DNA of 64,000 bases from Gonapodya sp. JEL0774 (Eukaryota): assembly GCA_027604505.1 (NCBI GenBank), contig JADIIX010000007.1, forward strand, positions 186,001 to 250,000, in the 5' to 3' direction. Positions 52,608 through 64,000 of this stretch are shown in pieces. Numbering within the stretch: the stretch's first letter is position 1; each line of letters begins with the position of its first letter. The notes under the pieces are model-generated. The model was not told the DNA's origin. It did not search any database and saw only the letters and a list, made by a program, of their open reading frames with translations. Made by a program: the position numbers and the translations under genes.

Positions 52608-55321
52608 ATGGCCGAGGAATCAGCAGAAGCCGTGGAGGTGAAGATGACACGAGACAGAAGATGACACGGGGGGGAGGGAGTGCATTGAATTTCTCACCGG
52701 CTGTCGCTCGTGTCCCCTGTGATGCAACCACTCGCCCCCTTGCACTCCCACTGCCCCCACTTCCACCCACTCCCCCTTCCACCCCCAACCAGACGCTCTT
52801 CGATGGCCAGAAGAAGAAAAAATCAAAGAAGCCAAAACCTGTAGAGGCGAGTTTGATGGCCCCCCCCCCACTCCCAACACTCCCCCTCTCCCTCCTCCTC
52901 AATCACACCTCCCCCCGCTCTCCCCTCTCAGCAGGAACCCGCTGATCCCCCTGCTCAAGACGACGAGGTCTGTTGGTCCAATCCCGGTGCCCCCCTCAAC
53001 TTGTCCCCTCATCCAATTCTCCCTCCCCTCTCCCCTCCCCCCTCTCTCCCTCCCTCTCCTCCCTCAGCTCGCGCTATTCTCAGAGAAGAAAAAGGTACAC
53101 CACCCCTCTCCTGCTCCTCTTCTCCCCACTCCCCCTCCTGACAGCCCCCCGGTCCCCCGGCGCCCCGTCCGTCCGTCGGCCCGCGCCCCGCCCCCGCGCA
53201 GGAGAAGGAGAAGAAACCCCTCCCGGACGACGACGCACCCCCGGCCGACCCTGACCCCGAAGCCCCAGAAGCCTCGGAAGCCCAGGAAGCCCCCGCCCAA
53301 GAACGCACAGAGGCTCAGTTCGAGGACGACGAGGCCGCGGCCTTGTTCGAGGGCAAGAAGAAGGTGCGTTGGGGTGGTCCTTTGTGTCGGTTGGTTCGTT
53401 TTGGCCGGTTGGTTGGTTGGGTCGTTTGTGCCGGTTGATTCGTTTTGGCCCGTTGGTTCGTCGGGTCGTTTGTGCCGGTTGGTTCGTTTTGGCCCATTGG
53501 TTCGTTGTGGCGGTGGGCCGGTGGGCAGGTTGCTTCACTCTCTCTTTCTCTTTTCCGTCTTCCCTGTTCTTCAACCAACTCCCTGATCCCAACCCGCTTC
53601 CCTCCCTCTCTCCTCTCACCGCCCGTCCCTCCCTCTCTCCCTTCCCCCCCCCCCCCAGAAAAAAAAGAAGAAATCCAAACCCGACCCAGACGCTGACGCC
53701 GACCAAGCCGACCCCGAACCTGAACCCGAGCCCGAGGCTGAACCAGTACCCGTCCCAGAGGACGAAGATCCCGCGGCCATGTTTGGGGAGAAGAAGAAGA
53801 AGGTGAGGGTGCCGGTGTGAAAGTGGTGTGAGGTTGGGGGTTGTTTGGAGGGGGGGGCGGGGGCGGGGCGGAGTGGTTGGGAAGGGAAAAGGGCGTGGGG
53901 TCCCAGGTACCTGGGTTGATGAGGCCCCACCGAGATAGTGCATTCTCGGTGTGTCGTGAAGGCCCTTCGCCTGCGTGAACTCACACCAATCCGTTTCCGT
54001 CCCTGCCCCGCCCTACCCAACCTACACCCCAATCCCCACCAACCCCCGCACAGAAAAAGAAGAAGAAACCCCTCTCGGACCCCCCCGCCGACGAGGACCC
54101 CGAAGCCGCTGCCGAAGCCGCCGCGGAAGCCGCCGCCAACGGTGGAGCGGACCACGACGAGGACGGGGATGGCGAAGCAGAGGGTGGCTCGGACGGTGCC
54201 GAGGACGGAGACGGGGACGGAGACGAGCTGGAGCAGGGAGACGGAAAGGAAATCAGTTTGGGAGAGGGAGGCGAGGTGGTGGACGGGTGGGTTGGGAGTG
54301 ATAGGGATTATGAGTATGAGGAGGTGGGTGTTGGTATGCGGGAGTTTGGGGGGGCGTGTTTGGAGGGGTTTGAGTGGGTGGGGGTGTGACTTGTGGTGAC
54401 GTGGCGAGGCGGCGATTGCGGGAATATCCTCCCACGGGGGAGAGGGGTCTGAGTGGGTGGGGGTGTGTAACTTGCGTCGACATGGTCTTCTNNNNNNNNN
54501 NAGTTTCTGTTACCCTCACCTCGACCCCGCCCCCCCCCCACCCCCCCGCCCCCCCACCAGCTCCTCTCCCTCGTGTACCGCATCCTCCGGGCCAAGAATC
54601 CCGAGCTCATTGGCGAGAAGCGCCGGTACACAATCCCCCCCCCTCAAGTAGCACGCGAAGGGTCCAAAAAGACCGTGTTCGCCAACGTGTCCGACATTGC
54701 GCGGCGGATGAAGAGGAACCCCGAGCATCTCATTCAGTTTGTGTTTGCCGAGCTGGGAACCAGTGGGAGTGTAGACGGTAGTGCGAGACTGGTTATCAAG
54801 GGGAGGTTTCAGCCCAGGCAGTTTGAGACGGTCTTGAAGAGGTACATTGGTGAGTTTAAGGGGGTTTGGGCGTTTGGGGCGGGGGTGGGGGTGGGGTTGG
54901 GGGTGGGAGGAGAGGGCGATCGAGCGGGTCACTGTTGCTGTACAAGGAATGCTGACTTCCGCTGTGCATGCACACGCCCGACCCCACACGCGCGCCGATC
55001 TCGCCCCTCCGGCACCCCCTCTCCACCCCCACCCCCGCAAAGTTGAGTACGTCACCTGCAAGACGTGCAAGTCCCCCGAGACCGATCTATCCCGGGATAA
55101 CCGGCTGTGGTTCGTCACGTGCAAGAGCTGCGGGTCGCGGAGGACCGTGGCGGCGATTTCGGCGGGGTTCAAGGCGCAGACCACCAAGAGGTGAGTCGCG
55201 GGTGTGATGGGGGTTGAGAGGAGCGGGGGGGACGGGGGGGATCGGGGTGGGTAAAGTGCAGTGACTGACTATGCTCTTGTGTATATGTAGGGCCAAGATG
55301 CGTGCGGCGGTGCCCGGTTAA
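52608..55321 (+). CDS. SUI3: Translation initiation factor eIF2 beta subunit
   Basis: Lysine boxes; [70 protein letters not shown]2-C2 finger. One intron contains an N gap. Confidence 0.95.
53385..53510 (+). repeat. Intronic minisatellite, ~3 copies of a ~43 bp unit
   Basis: GGTTGGTTCGTTTTGGCC(C)GTTGGTT..GGGTCGTTTGTGCC repeated within an eIF2beta intron. Confidence 0.75.
54492..54501. other. Assembly gap (10 N)
   Basis: N run inside eIF2beta intron 54324-54560. Confidence 0.99.
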
Positions 55322-55744
55322 AGAAGGTCACGATAGATGGAGATGAAAAGAGGGGAGGTTGAGGGACAAAGTGCAGAAAAAATGTGCTGCTCGACAATAA
55401 AGGATGTGCCGGCGTTCTGTCACAAGAGCGGCGGCCTCTGGCGGCTACCCGGTGCTCATCCTTTTCGCCAACTTTGAAGTGCACTTTTCGTACCAAAGAT
55501 CTGGGAACTTGATATATAAGTGACGGTTGCTGCACGAGGGGTCCATTGGTACATACACGATGATGTTTAAGAATGTGGTGCGTAGTGGTTCCTGCACAGG
55601 GTCGTTAATCAGCAATATTTTCCCTCGTGCCACATACCTTGTGTGCACCATAATCGTGAAAACTGAATTCTGCGCAACCTCTCTAGTGTGTGGTTCTTGC
55701 TGCTTGTGTGCATTGAGGGCAATATTGATATTTCAAAGAATTGA

Positions 55745-55754
55745 NNNNNNNNNN
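55745..55754. other. Assembly gap (10 N)
   Basis: N run between eIF2beta and the PAC1-like gene. Confidence 0.99.
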
Positions 55755-55922
55755 CCCCGCGCCCCCTCGGTCCTGGGCTGCCCCGGGACCTTACTCACGG
55801 TGCCCGCTCCGCGTGTCCCCCTCCGTTCGCGTGGTTCGTCGGCGGGGCGCTGGGCGTTCGGTCCCAAGTGCAGCGACTACTGTAACTGGCGATTCATAAT
55901 ACTCAGTGCAAGTTGTGCAACA

Positions 55923-57374
55923 ATGGCGAGTACGGCAGACTATCTACTTATCATCACGAATGCGAATTCTTGTAACTGAAATCGTGGTTACCCCTCCTGC
56001 CCGCCCCCCCCCAATCCCCAAACGTGAAACAATGGCTCCCAACACCGCTCCCTACTGCAGGATTTTTACCCCTACTACGCTGCTGACCACGCCTCTCGAT
56101 CCCTCTACGAGACTGCCGACGACGAGTTCGTGGCGGATTTTGATGCGCCCAAGGAAGACGGTGTGGAGTCGGACGAATCCGTGCGGTGGTGGAACGAGCC
56201 TGTGTTCACGGTAAGTTGTAGGTGGATGGCGGAGATGAGGATAAAGAAGAATCGAAAAGGAGATGAACGAGCTCAATGCGATAGTGAAGCGATCGGATTG
56301 TGATCACAGTGGCTGGTGGGTGACGACGGCTGCCTGCTTGCGTTGCCCTTGCCCCCGTCCAGGTATCACCTCGCATATCCGCGCCGGGGAACTCCTCCAA
56401 GATACGCACACCTCTCCTCCTCGTTGGCCTTCCCGGCGTCGGATCGGAGTTCGTCCGCTCACGGTATTTGAGACCGTTGACTTCAACTTATGTCGCTGCG
56501 ACCATCGTGGTACCAGATATTCTCATTGTGAGCTCCGTTGACGGCTGACAAAGCTCATCATGCATCTTTTTGGAACAATTTAATGAAAAATGAAAATCAG
56601 AAACTCCCTTCTTACCGCCCCACCCGTCTCCTGAACCCTTCGCACATTGTGTACGCACCCGAACCCGCCTCACCCACCCCACCGTACCTCATCTTGGCTT
56701 GTGGACATGATATCCCGTCTGAACGAGCAGGAGCTTTTGCGAGGAGCTTGCTGGAGCGGGTTGAGGCAGAAAGGTGAGCGATATTGTCACGGAGGCAAGT
56801 TACGGGCACTCGATGGAACTGAACTTGTGATGTCGTAGAGTTATCATTCTGGGAGAGCTAAATCCAGTGGCTTATCAATCGCCCTCAGGGGCGCCGAATC
56901 CCATGGTTCCATTACTGAGAAAGATGGAATCAAAGGTGGGTGACTCCCGTTATCCTCTAGAACATCACGAATTCACATATGAAGCTTGGGCCTCGACAAC
57001 TTGATCGACAACAGAATGAAAGCGCCGACGCTGTACCATTGCTTGAGCCCCCGAACCACGCATCTGGCTTAGCCGCTGCCTTCTTTGGCACTGTGAGATA
57101 CTTGCAACGCCAAGCGTTCGCCAGTCACTATCCCATCTCACGATCGACATTTCTCTTTCTAAAGGCGGTTCGCCACATCCCCAACACGTCCACCTCACTC
57201 TACCTTTCGCTCCTCGACCAACATGCGGGCAAGGAGTCTCGCACAGTGGAAGTGGTGAACGCATTTGAAGCTGTACAGCCTGTGATCGAAAAATCGGGAA
57301 ATTTGAAGACAAGCAAACTAGTGCAACGGGTCGCACTTGAGGATGATAGTGGCGGGCCGTCTCTCTACTTGTAA
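55923..57374 (+). CDS. Proteasome assembly chaperone 1 (PAC1/PSMG1/Pba1-like)
   Basis: Spliced product M|DFYPYY..EDGVES..|..LLLVGLPGVG..|ILACGHDIPSERAGAFARSLL|..PLLEPPNHASGLAAAF..SLYLS... PLLEPPN..GLAAA resembles the PSMG1 PLLEQPN..DLPAA motif. C-terminal LYL is an HbYX motif. Start exon uncertain. Confidence 0.75.
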
Positions 57375-57386
57375 CCGCAATCAAAT

Positions 57387-59560
57387 CTATTGTTGTGGTG
57401 TGCTCAACACCGGTGGCACCTTGGCCAGTTTAGCGATAAGCTGTCCGCTAATTTTGTTCGCGTCTTGCAACCGGTCTCCGAAAAACGCCGTCGCGCCCTC
57501 CCATCGAGATTGGTACGCCTCCATGTTCTGACTCTCTACAACCTCGACCCAGCCGCGCGCAGCACTGCAGAACTCAAAATCGTCCGCACGAATGTGGGGG
57601 TCGGTCAGAGCATATGTGATTGCATCCTCGAGCATCTGGGGGTTGCGGAACAGGTACTCGGTGATACCAAGAAGGAATCGAAATATTGGGGTTTGGCAAA
57701 TCAGGTGGCGGTACGGGTTGATGTTAAGTCGGTGCCAGCAGTCGGCCATGGCGAGCAGAGAGAGGTGGGAATTGGGTGCACGCTTCTTTTGAGGGATGAT
57801 GGAGAGGGAGAACTCGTCGAGGAAGGAGTCAGAGAGGAGGATCGGTTGAGTATCCGAGGAAGGTGGGAAGAGATTTGCACCGGCCTGGTTCGAAAAGGGT
57901 CCTTGATGAGCAAGTCAACGACAATGCATTCACCATCATCCTCGGCGCTCGGCCCTCACGTTCAGTATCCTCTTGCGAAACTCCTCATCTTGTCCCGTAA
58001 TCATGAGTTTGAACAATTCCGACGCCGACCGTGCAAACTGCCCGACCTGCACTTTGGCAGCTGGGTTCATCATTGCGAGACCGGCATAGACGTGCCACTT
58101 GGCGCTGAAGATTCGCATCGTGAGGAGAACCTTGACGTTCTCGATGCCGCCTACGTAACTTGCACTCTCCCACTGAAGAGCGCAGATTTTTGGTAAGTAA
58201 ATGGGGCGGGAAATCATTGGTATTTGGTGTGAGAGTAGGAAAATGGTGCACACTTGCACACTTACAGGGTAAGTGCCCATAGTTTTCCAGGCGATACCCA
58301 TGCTAGAAATTTAGAATCATGGAGACAATCAAGAGAACAAGTGGTTGATCTTTCTCCAAAAATCTTTTTCCGCATCAGTATGAAGCACACCTGAGAAAAG
58401 CCAGATGTGTGGCCGCCTGAGTGTCTGCGGTGATAAGATCGTGTTCGCGGTAGCTCAGTTCCACAAAGTCAGATTCTAGACAAGAAAGAACAGTCTTGAC
58501 GAGCTGGTAGTTGCGCTCGTCACGGACGCGGTGGCGGATGATGACAAGGGGTTGGTGGAGGGTCGGCACGCTGGGTTGAATTATGATGTGAGGGGCGAAA
58601 TGAGAGTACCGTGGGTTAAAGATCCGCGAGATCTGAAAATTCTCTACGGGAATGCGCACTTGGGGCCGTGTAGTGAGTGAGTGGGGACAATGTCGACATC
58701 ATCGGGGAGATAACGCTCAAATGCGGTTACTTCAGGTTCTTTGACTGTACAAGGGAGGCGAGGGTTAAACATGGACACGGACACTATGAAGAGATTGCGA
58801 GTCGTACACACACCTGATGTTTGGCCTGACACCACACAACCGGGCTTTTGGGCTGGAAAGTTGGAGCGATTACGGTGGGAAGTACGATACCAATGACGTT
58901 GCAATCAGAACTAATACATCTTACCAGCGACCAATTGCATGAGTTGAAGTACATGATACAGTTCTTACTCACCAGGGCCGAACTGACCAACAACCTTGTC
59001 GATCGACTTCGCTTCGACCGAATAGAACACCAAATCCGACAAGCGCGCAACTCCGAAACCATCCCGGTGGACAATCAGGCCACTGCCTTTTAGTAACGTT
59101 TCCGATGTGGATATTGTATGTGTGTATGATGGTGAAAGGGAGTATGGGTACCGAACCACGACAACGGAATGCATTGATCCAGTCAGAATACCTGAAAGGG
59201 ATAACAATGACCAAGATGAATCCTCACCTTCTTGTTGCTTCTTTAGGGCGTCATAGCGTGAGGGTAGATCGCAAATGTGAACACTATGTCCATGAGAACC
59301 TGTTCTCATTGGGTTACCGAGAAGTTTTCATTTTCGCGCACCAGCCTACTTTTTCCATCCTGCACTGTAGAATCTTGTCGCATAGAGACGGCCCATATCA
59401 CCTGAAAATCGAATAGTGACACAGCGGATGAGAACCCAGTGCGTGCAGGGAGATTTATGGTCATCAGCTGAACGATTGCGATTGGATTGCGGGTCACGAA
59501 CTCACCGAATCCAATGATTCCGATATGTCTTGTTTGCTTCAAAACTCGTATTTCCTCCAT
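57387..59560 (-). CDS. TYR1: Prephenate dehydrogenase (NADP+), fungal Tyr1
   Basis: IGIIGFG|DMGRLYA; SDLVFYSVEAKSID; GQTS|VKEPEVTAFE..PTHSLHGP; EHDLITADTQAATHLAFL; SYVGGIENVK..WHVYAGLA; PNSHLSLLAMADCW..HLICQTPIFR. Confidence 0.95.
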
Positions 59561-59848
59561 CTTCCCGATAGTTACTGTAATGGTTGAATTTTGCGAGTTT
59601 GAGTTGGAGGTTGCGCTCAGATAGTTGGCTGTGGTCGCCTTTCGGACACCCAGTACTCGAGTTTGGACATTTTCTCTTTTCCAACAATCACATCCCCCCC
59701 AAACTCAGTCTCCATTTCTCCCTCAAAACTCCGCCTGCGCTCGTCTCCCACTCGCACTCTATTGCTATCCCCACCCCGATTTACGCTCAAATCAGATCAG
59801 AAATCTTCCCTCTCATTACTCTTGTGACCTCTTTGCTGTCATCCCAAG

Positions 59849-62800
59849 ATGACAGACTTCGTGATTCAACTTGAAACTCTGCTCAAGCAAATTTCCAGCT
59901 CTGATACCTCAAAGATCCGAGATGTGAGCTTGATCCGTCTCCAGGCCCGGATTTCCACCGTGTAGACACACAACCTGTCCTGTTTCGCCCCGTCAGGCCA
60001 CAAACACACTAAAAACCGATTACTATTCCCGCCCAGAATGCATTGCTGCCTTGACTGAGCTTGCTACTAGGAGCGCGGATCCCCCGGTGCGCTTTCATGC
60101 TTGAATCAGGTTTTTGACGTGACTCATTTTGAAACAATGGTTATTGGCGCTTGCCTGCCCCCTCGGAACGGCGGACACCGGATGCCTGGTATTTCCGATC
60201 TTAGATTCGTCAACTCGCAGCCGTTGAACTCCGAAAACAATTGTCGGCTCAGTGGGCGGCGGTTGACGCCACAGTCCAAGAGGGAATCCGAAAGCACCTG
60301 CTAGAGCACATCATTGTGGAACCCAAGTAAGTCACAGCATCATCACGCTTTAATTACTTCTTTGAATTTCAAGATATGCGCTCACATCACCATCAACAGT
60401 TCTCTGGTCCGACATGCCTTGGCACGTGCAATCTCTGCCATTGCCAAAATCGATATTCCACAAAAGCAATGGACCGAATTGATTCCCTTCCTTTACCAGT
60501 GCTGTCAGAGCCCCAACGTCGCTCACAGAGAGGTAGATTTCTACGGATTGCCCCATGGGTGGGGATCCGGAACGTTCATTAATGCTCGCCTCATACCATC
60601 AAGGTCGGCGTATTTGCTCTCTTCACACTCTTTGAAACCATCGCGGACGCACTACAGGACGAAATCAAGCAGATGTTTGTCATTTTCACACACACCATCA
60701 ACGACCCTGAAAGCAAGGAGGTCCGCGTGACCACAATGCAGGCGCTCGGTAAAGTGGCCGAATTTGTTGAAGCGGACAATGCTGATGACGTTGTGGGTAT
60801 TTTTTGTGCTGGGTGGGAGCTCACAAACGGTGTTAATATTTCCCCTGTTCTGTTGGTTCCCAACCTCTTAGAAACTCTTCCGGGATATGATTCCATCCAT
60901 GGTCAAAATTCTGCAACAGTGCCTAGAAGAATCTGACGAAGCGTCTCTCAAGAAGGGTTTTGAAGTTTTGGAATCGCTCCTGCTTCTTGTTCGTATTTGT
61001 TAGGTATTCGCTATCATGGTGACTGCAGCCTCCCTTTAATGCATAATCTAATACTTTTAAACAGGACGCACCGATTCTGTCTAAATCCCTCGGTGACCTG
61101 ATCTCCTTTGTTTGCTATGTTGCGGGGAACACCAACTACGACGACAGCCTTCGCCTCATGCCCCTCAACTTCATGCTCCTGGTCATCCTATACAAAAAGG
61201 CCAAGCTTCAAAAACTCAAGCTTGTCCAGCCCATCGTTGCCGCCATTCTCCCCATCGCCGCTGAGAATGACCCTGAAGACGCAGACGATGATTCCCCTTC
61301 CCGCATCGCCTTGCAGATTATCAGCCAACTTTCTTCGAATCTCCCTCCGCAACAAGTGTTCCCTGTGGTCATGGAGCAGATTGTGCAGTACTCGCAGCAG
61401 GCCGACCCCAACTTCCGCAAAGCTGCAATGATGGGCTTTGCCGTCCTTGTGGACGGCTCTGCAGACTTTATCAGGTCCAAGGTCGACGACCTTCTCCCGT
61501 ACATTATCCGCGGTTTGCAAGATCCCGAGGTGGTTGTTCGCCGGGCGGCGTGTATCGCTCTCGGTGCGCTCGCGGAGGAGCTCTCGGAAGAGGTTGCCGC
61601 TCACCACGCGACGCTTCTTCCGGTTGTTGTTGCGCTCACGGATGACGCGAGCGCCGAGATTCAAAAGCAATCGACGAACGCTTTGGACTCAATGTTGGAG
61701 GGAATGGGAGAGGACATTATTCCGTATCTTCCTCAGTTGATGACCAAATTGGTCGCCATTTTGGACACCGCGCCTCCCGAGGTGAAGGCTACCGTGACCG
61801 GCGCCATTGGAAGTACTGCCCATGCTGCCGGAGAGGTGAGAAATGAATACCGTAGTGGTGAATGGATGTCGGGTTGCCCAGCTCATCAAACCATCTTTCC
61901 ACCAGTCCTTCCGCCCATACTTTGAAGCCGTCGTTCCCCGAATCCAGGCTCTCATGTCTCTGCGTGGTATCGCCGCCGACGGTAAACCCGTGGATATCGA
62001 AATCTCGTGCCGTGGAGTGGCAACAGACACCATGGGAGCGATTGCCGATGCTGTCGGCAAAGACGCTTTCGCTGTGAGTGAACAAGTTTGTCGGAGGTAC
62101 GAGAACTTTAGGATGTGAGCATCGCATTATTTACCCCCTGAAGCCTTACCTGAAACCGTGTATGGAATCAGCAATGGAAGGATTGAAGATGGACAACCAC
62201 CGCCTGCGCGAGTGTAGCTATTGTTTCTTTGCGACAGCGGCGAAGTTGTACGAGGTGCGGAAAGTTTGAACGCTCCACCGTGAAAACGTGTTCATTAGAA
62301 AGCACTTGACCTTTGCAGGACGAGTTCTCTCCGTTCTTGGCGGTAGTTGTTTCTGAGCTGCTCAAGTCTTGCAAACAGACGGATGCAGAGGCTGACTTCA
62401 CAGATGAGAATGGAGGTGAGCGGAACTCTCTGAGAACCCTCGACCGTGGGCGAAACCCTCGACTCTCACTTCATCGTACACAGAAATAGATCTCGGAGAC
62501 GACGACGACGCCGAAAATGGGATCGTTGTAAACTCTCATGTGGCCGAAGAGAAAGAAATAGCCGCTGATGCGCTGGGTGAACTTTTTGTCGCCACGCAAA
62601 GTCACTACATGCCTTTCGTCGAGGAGTCCATAAACGCGCTCATCGGGCTGCTCGAGCACTACTTTTCGGGCGTTCGAAGAAGTGCCGCTTCAAGTCTGTT
62701 CAAATTTGTGGCGACTTTCTACAAGATGAGCAACCCACAACAGTGGGTCGCTGGATTCCCTGTTCAGGTCCCAGTACACGACAATGTAAAGAACATCGCG

Positions 62801-64000
62801 AAGCTGGTGATGGAGGGGATAATCAAAATGCTTAAAGAAGAGGAGGACAGGTGAGCACCTATAATTGGATCAAGGTGGACTTGATGGAGGTGGACAAGGT
62901 GCATGTGATGAGAGACTTTCTATCCAGCTCACTTCGACCCATGGCATGAGAAGAAACGGATTATAGCTGATGCAGCCTATCTGTTACCGAACGACATTCA
63001 CAACGGAAATAACACCATCCAAGGAACAACACTGACCCACACCTTCTTCCGACAGGATGTGCGTCATCCAAGTGGGCCAGGACTTCGCCGAGTGCCTCAA
63101 ATCCGTTGGTCCAGTCCTTATAGATGGCTACCAGGAGGACATTTTGACTCAGGTTGTTCAGATCTTAGACGGGAGCCACATCTGCCAGCTTGACATCGAC
63201 GGAGAAGAGAACAGCGGAGACAACACCAGCCCAGAAGAAGACGAACAGGCTGAATATGATGCATTGACGATCAGCTCAGCAAGTGACATGCTGGGTTCTA
63301 TTGCCCGTGCGACTGGTCCTTCGTTTGCGGCAGCACTCCCTTCGATACTGCCCCATGTTGCCAAGTGCGTAGAATCTTTCGCTTGCTTTTATTAGTTAGT
63401 GGTGACCGACTTCTCTTTCCTTGTCAGATACTACAAAGCAACTCGGAGCTCGTCAGACCGATCGATGGCGGTCGGCTGTTTGGGTGAAATTACTGATGGG
63501 CTCAAAGGCGGGGTCACACAATTTGCACCGGCTATTCTGGAACTCCTTGTTAAAGCAATCGAAGACGAAGAAGAAGATGTTCGCAGCAATGCAATTTGGG
63601 CTACCGGTCTGGTACTATACAACACAGAAGGGGACCTCACACAGTAAGCTGCCCTACAAAGAGCGATTGAATCAATGAGTTTGTTAAATCTTAATTCCCG
63701 TGTGGTAGGTTGTATGCCCTCATCTTGCAAAAAATGCAGAGATTGTTTGATCCCGAATCTGTCACTAACCAACGAGATAATGCCTGCGGAGCTCTCTCGC
63801 GCATGATCTTGAAAGCTCCCAGTGCAGTTCCCCTGGACCAAGCACTGCCTGTCCTGGTTGGTGCACTTCCTTTGAAGCGCGACTACGAGGAGAATGAGCC
63901 GGTTTTCCAGGCCCTCTTCAGCCTCTTCCGAAGCAATAACCCATGGGTATGTTGCGATTCTCTTGTTTGAAACATCACCAACTCTAAGATATATCATTGC
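59849..64000 (+). CDS. KAP123: Importin-4 / Kap123 (importin-beta family HEAT repeats), truncated by the window end
   Basis: IRQLAAVELRK; VRHALARAISAIAKID..WTELIPFL; LPPQQVFP; GLQDPEVVVRRAACIALG; AEEKEIAADALG; DRSMAVGCLGE; RDNACGALSRMI; ALPLKRDYEENEPVF. Confidence 0.93.
62900..62974 (+). ncRNA. Intronic box C/D snoRNA, snR71/SNORD29(U29)-like
   Basis: TGCA terminal stem; C box GTGATGA at 62905-62911; guide TCCAGCTCAC-T before D' TCGA (62934-62937), complementary to conserved LSU rRNA GUGAGCUGG; C'-like ATGAGAA; D box CTGA at 62967-62970. Sits in an unusually long (~205 nt) Kap123 intron. Confidence 0.8.

Noticed and set aside
57390..58196. 268-aa plus-strand ORF
   Set aside because: It is antisense to conserved TYR1 exons and has no recognisable domain.

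Overview
Gene-dense, intron-rich eukaryotic DNA from an early-diverging, flagellated (zoosporic) fungus. The evidence is epsilon-tubulin, fungal-type Tom70/Osh3/Tyr1/Vsb1-like genes and mostly 50-100 nt GT-AG introns. A Monoblepharidomycete such as Gonapodya is my guess, not established. About 20 spliced housekeeping genes can be reconstructed, in order: a homeodomain-containing PNUTS/LUMINIDEPENDENS-like PP1 regulator, Tom70, Mix17/CHCHD2, Nup84/107, Osh3, an ankyrin-coiled-coil-SH3 protein, eIF3a, eIF3l, SulP-STAS-cNMP, epsilon-tubulin, MAP4K-CNH kinase, LSm4, Uba1, V-ATPase C, PP2C, Cdc123, eIF2beta, PAC1/PSMG1, Tyr1 and Kap123/importin-4 (runs off the window). Non-coding features include a foldback-type inverted-repeat element, an intronic snR71/U29-like C/D snoRNA and two 10-N gaps. 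The most notable observations are: (1) the plant-LD-like homeodomain on an animal-PNUTS-like scaffold, with a candidate poison exon; (2) two head-to-head pairs of translation-initiation partners (eIF3a/eIF3l and Cdc123/eIF2beta); (3) a ~7 kb domain of oscillating C-rich/G-rich blocks phased with introns and exons; (4) an eIF2beta with four intron-split lysine boxes. All exon boundaries are manual predictions, and homolog comparisons are from memory, not database searches.
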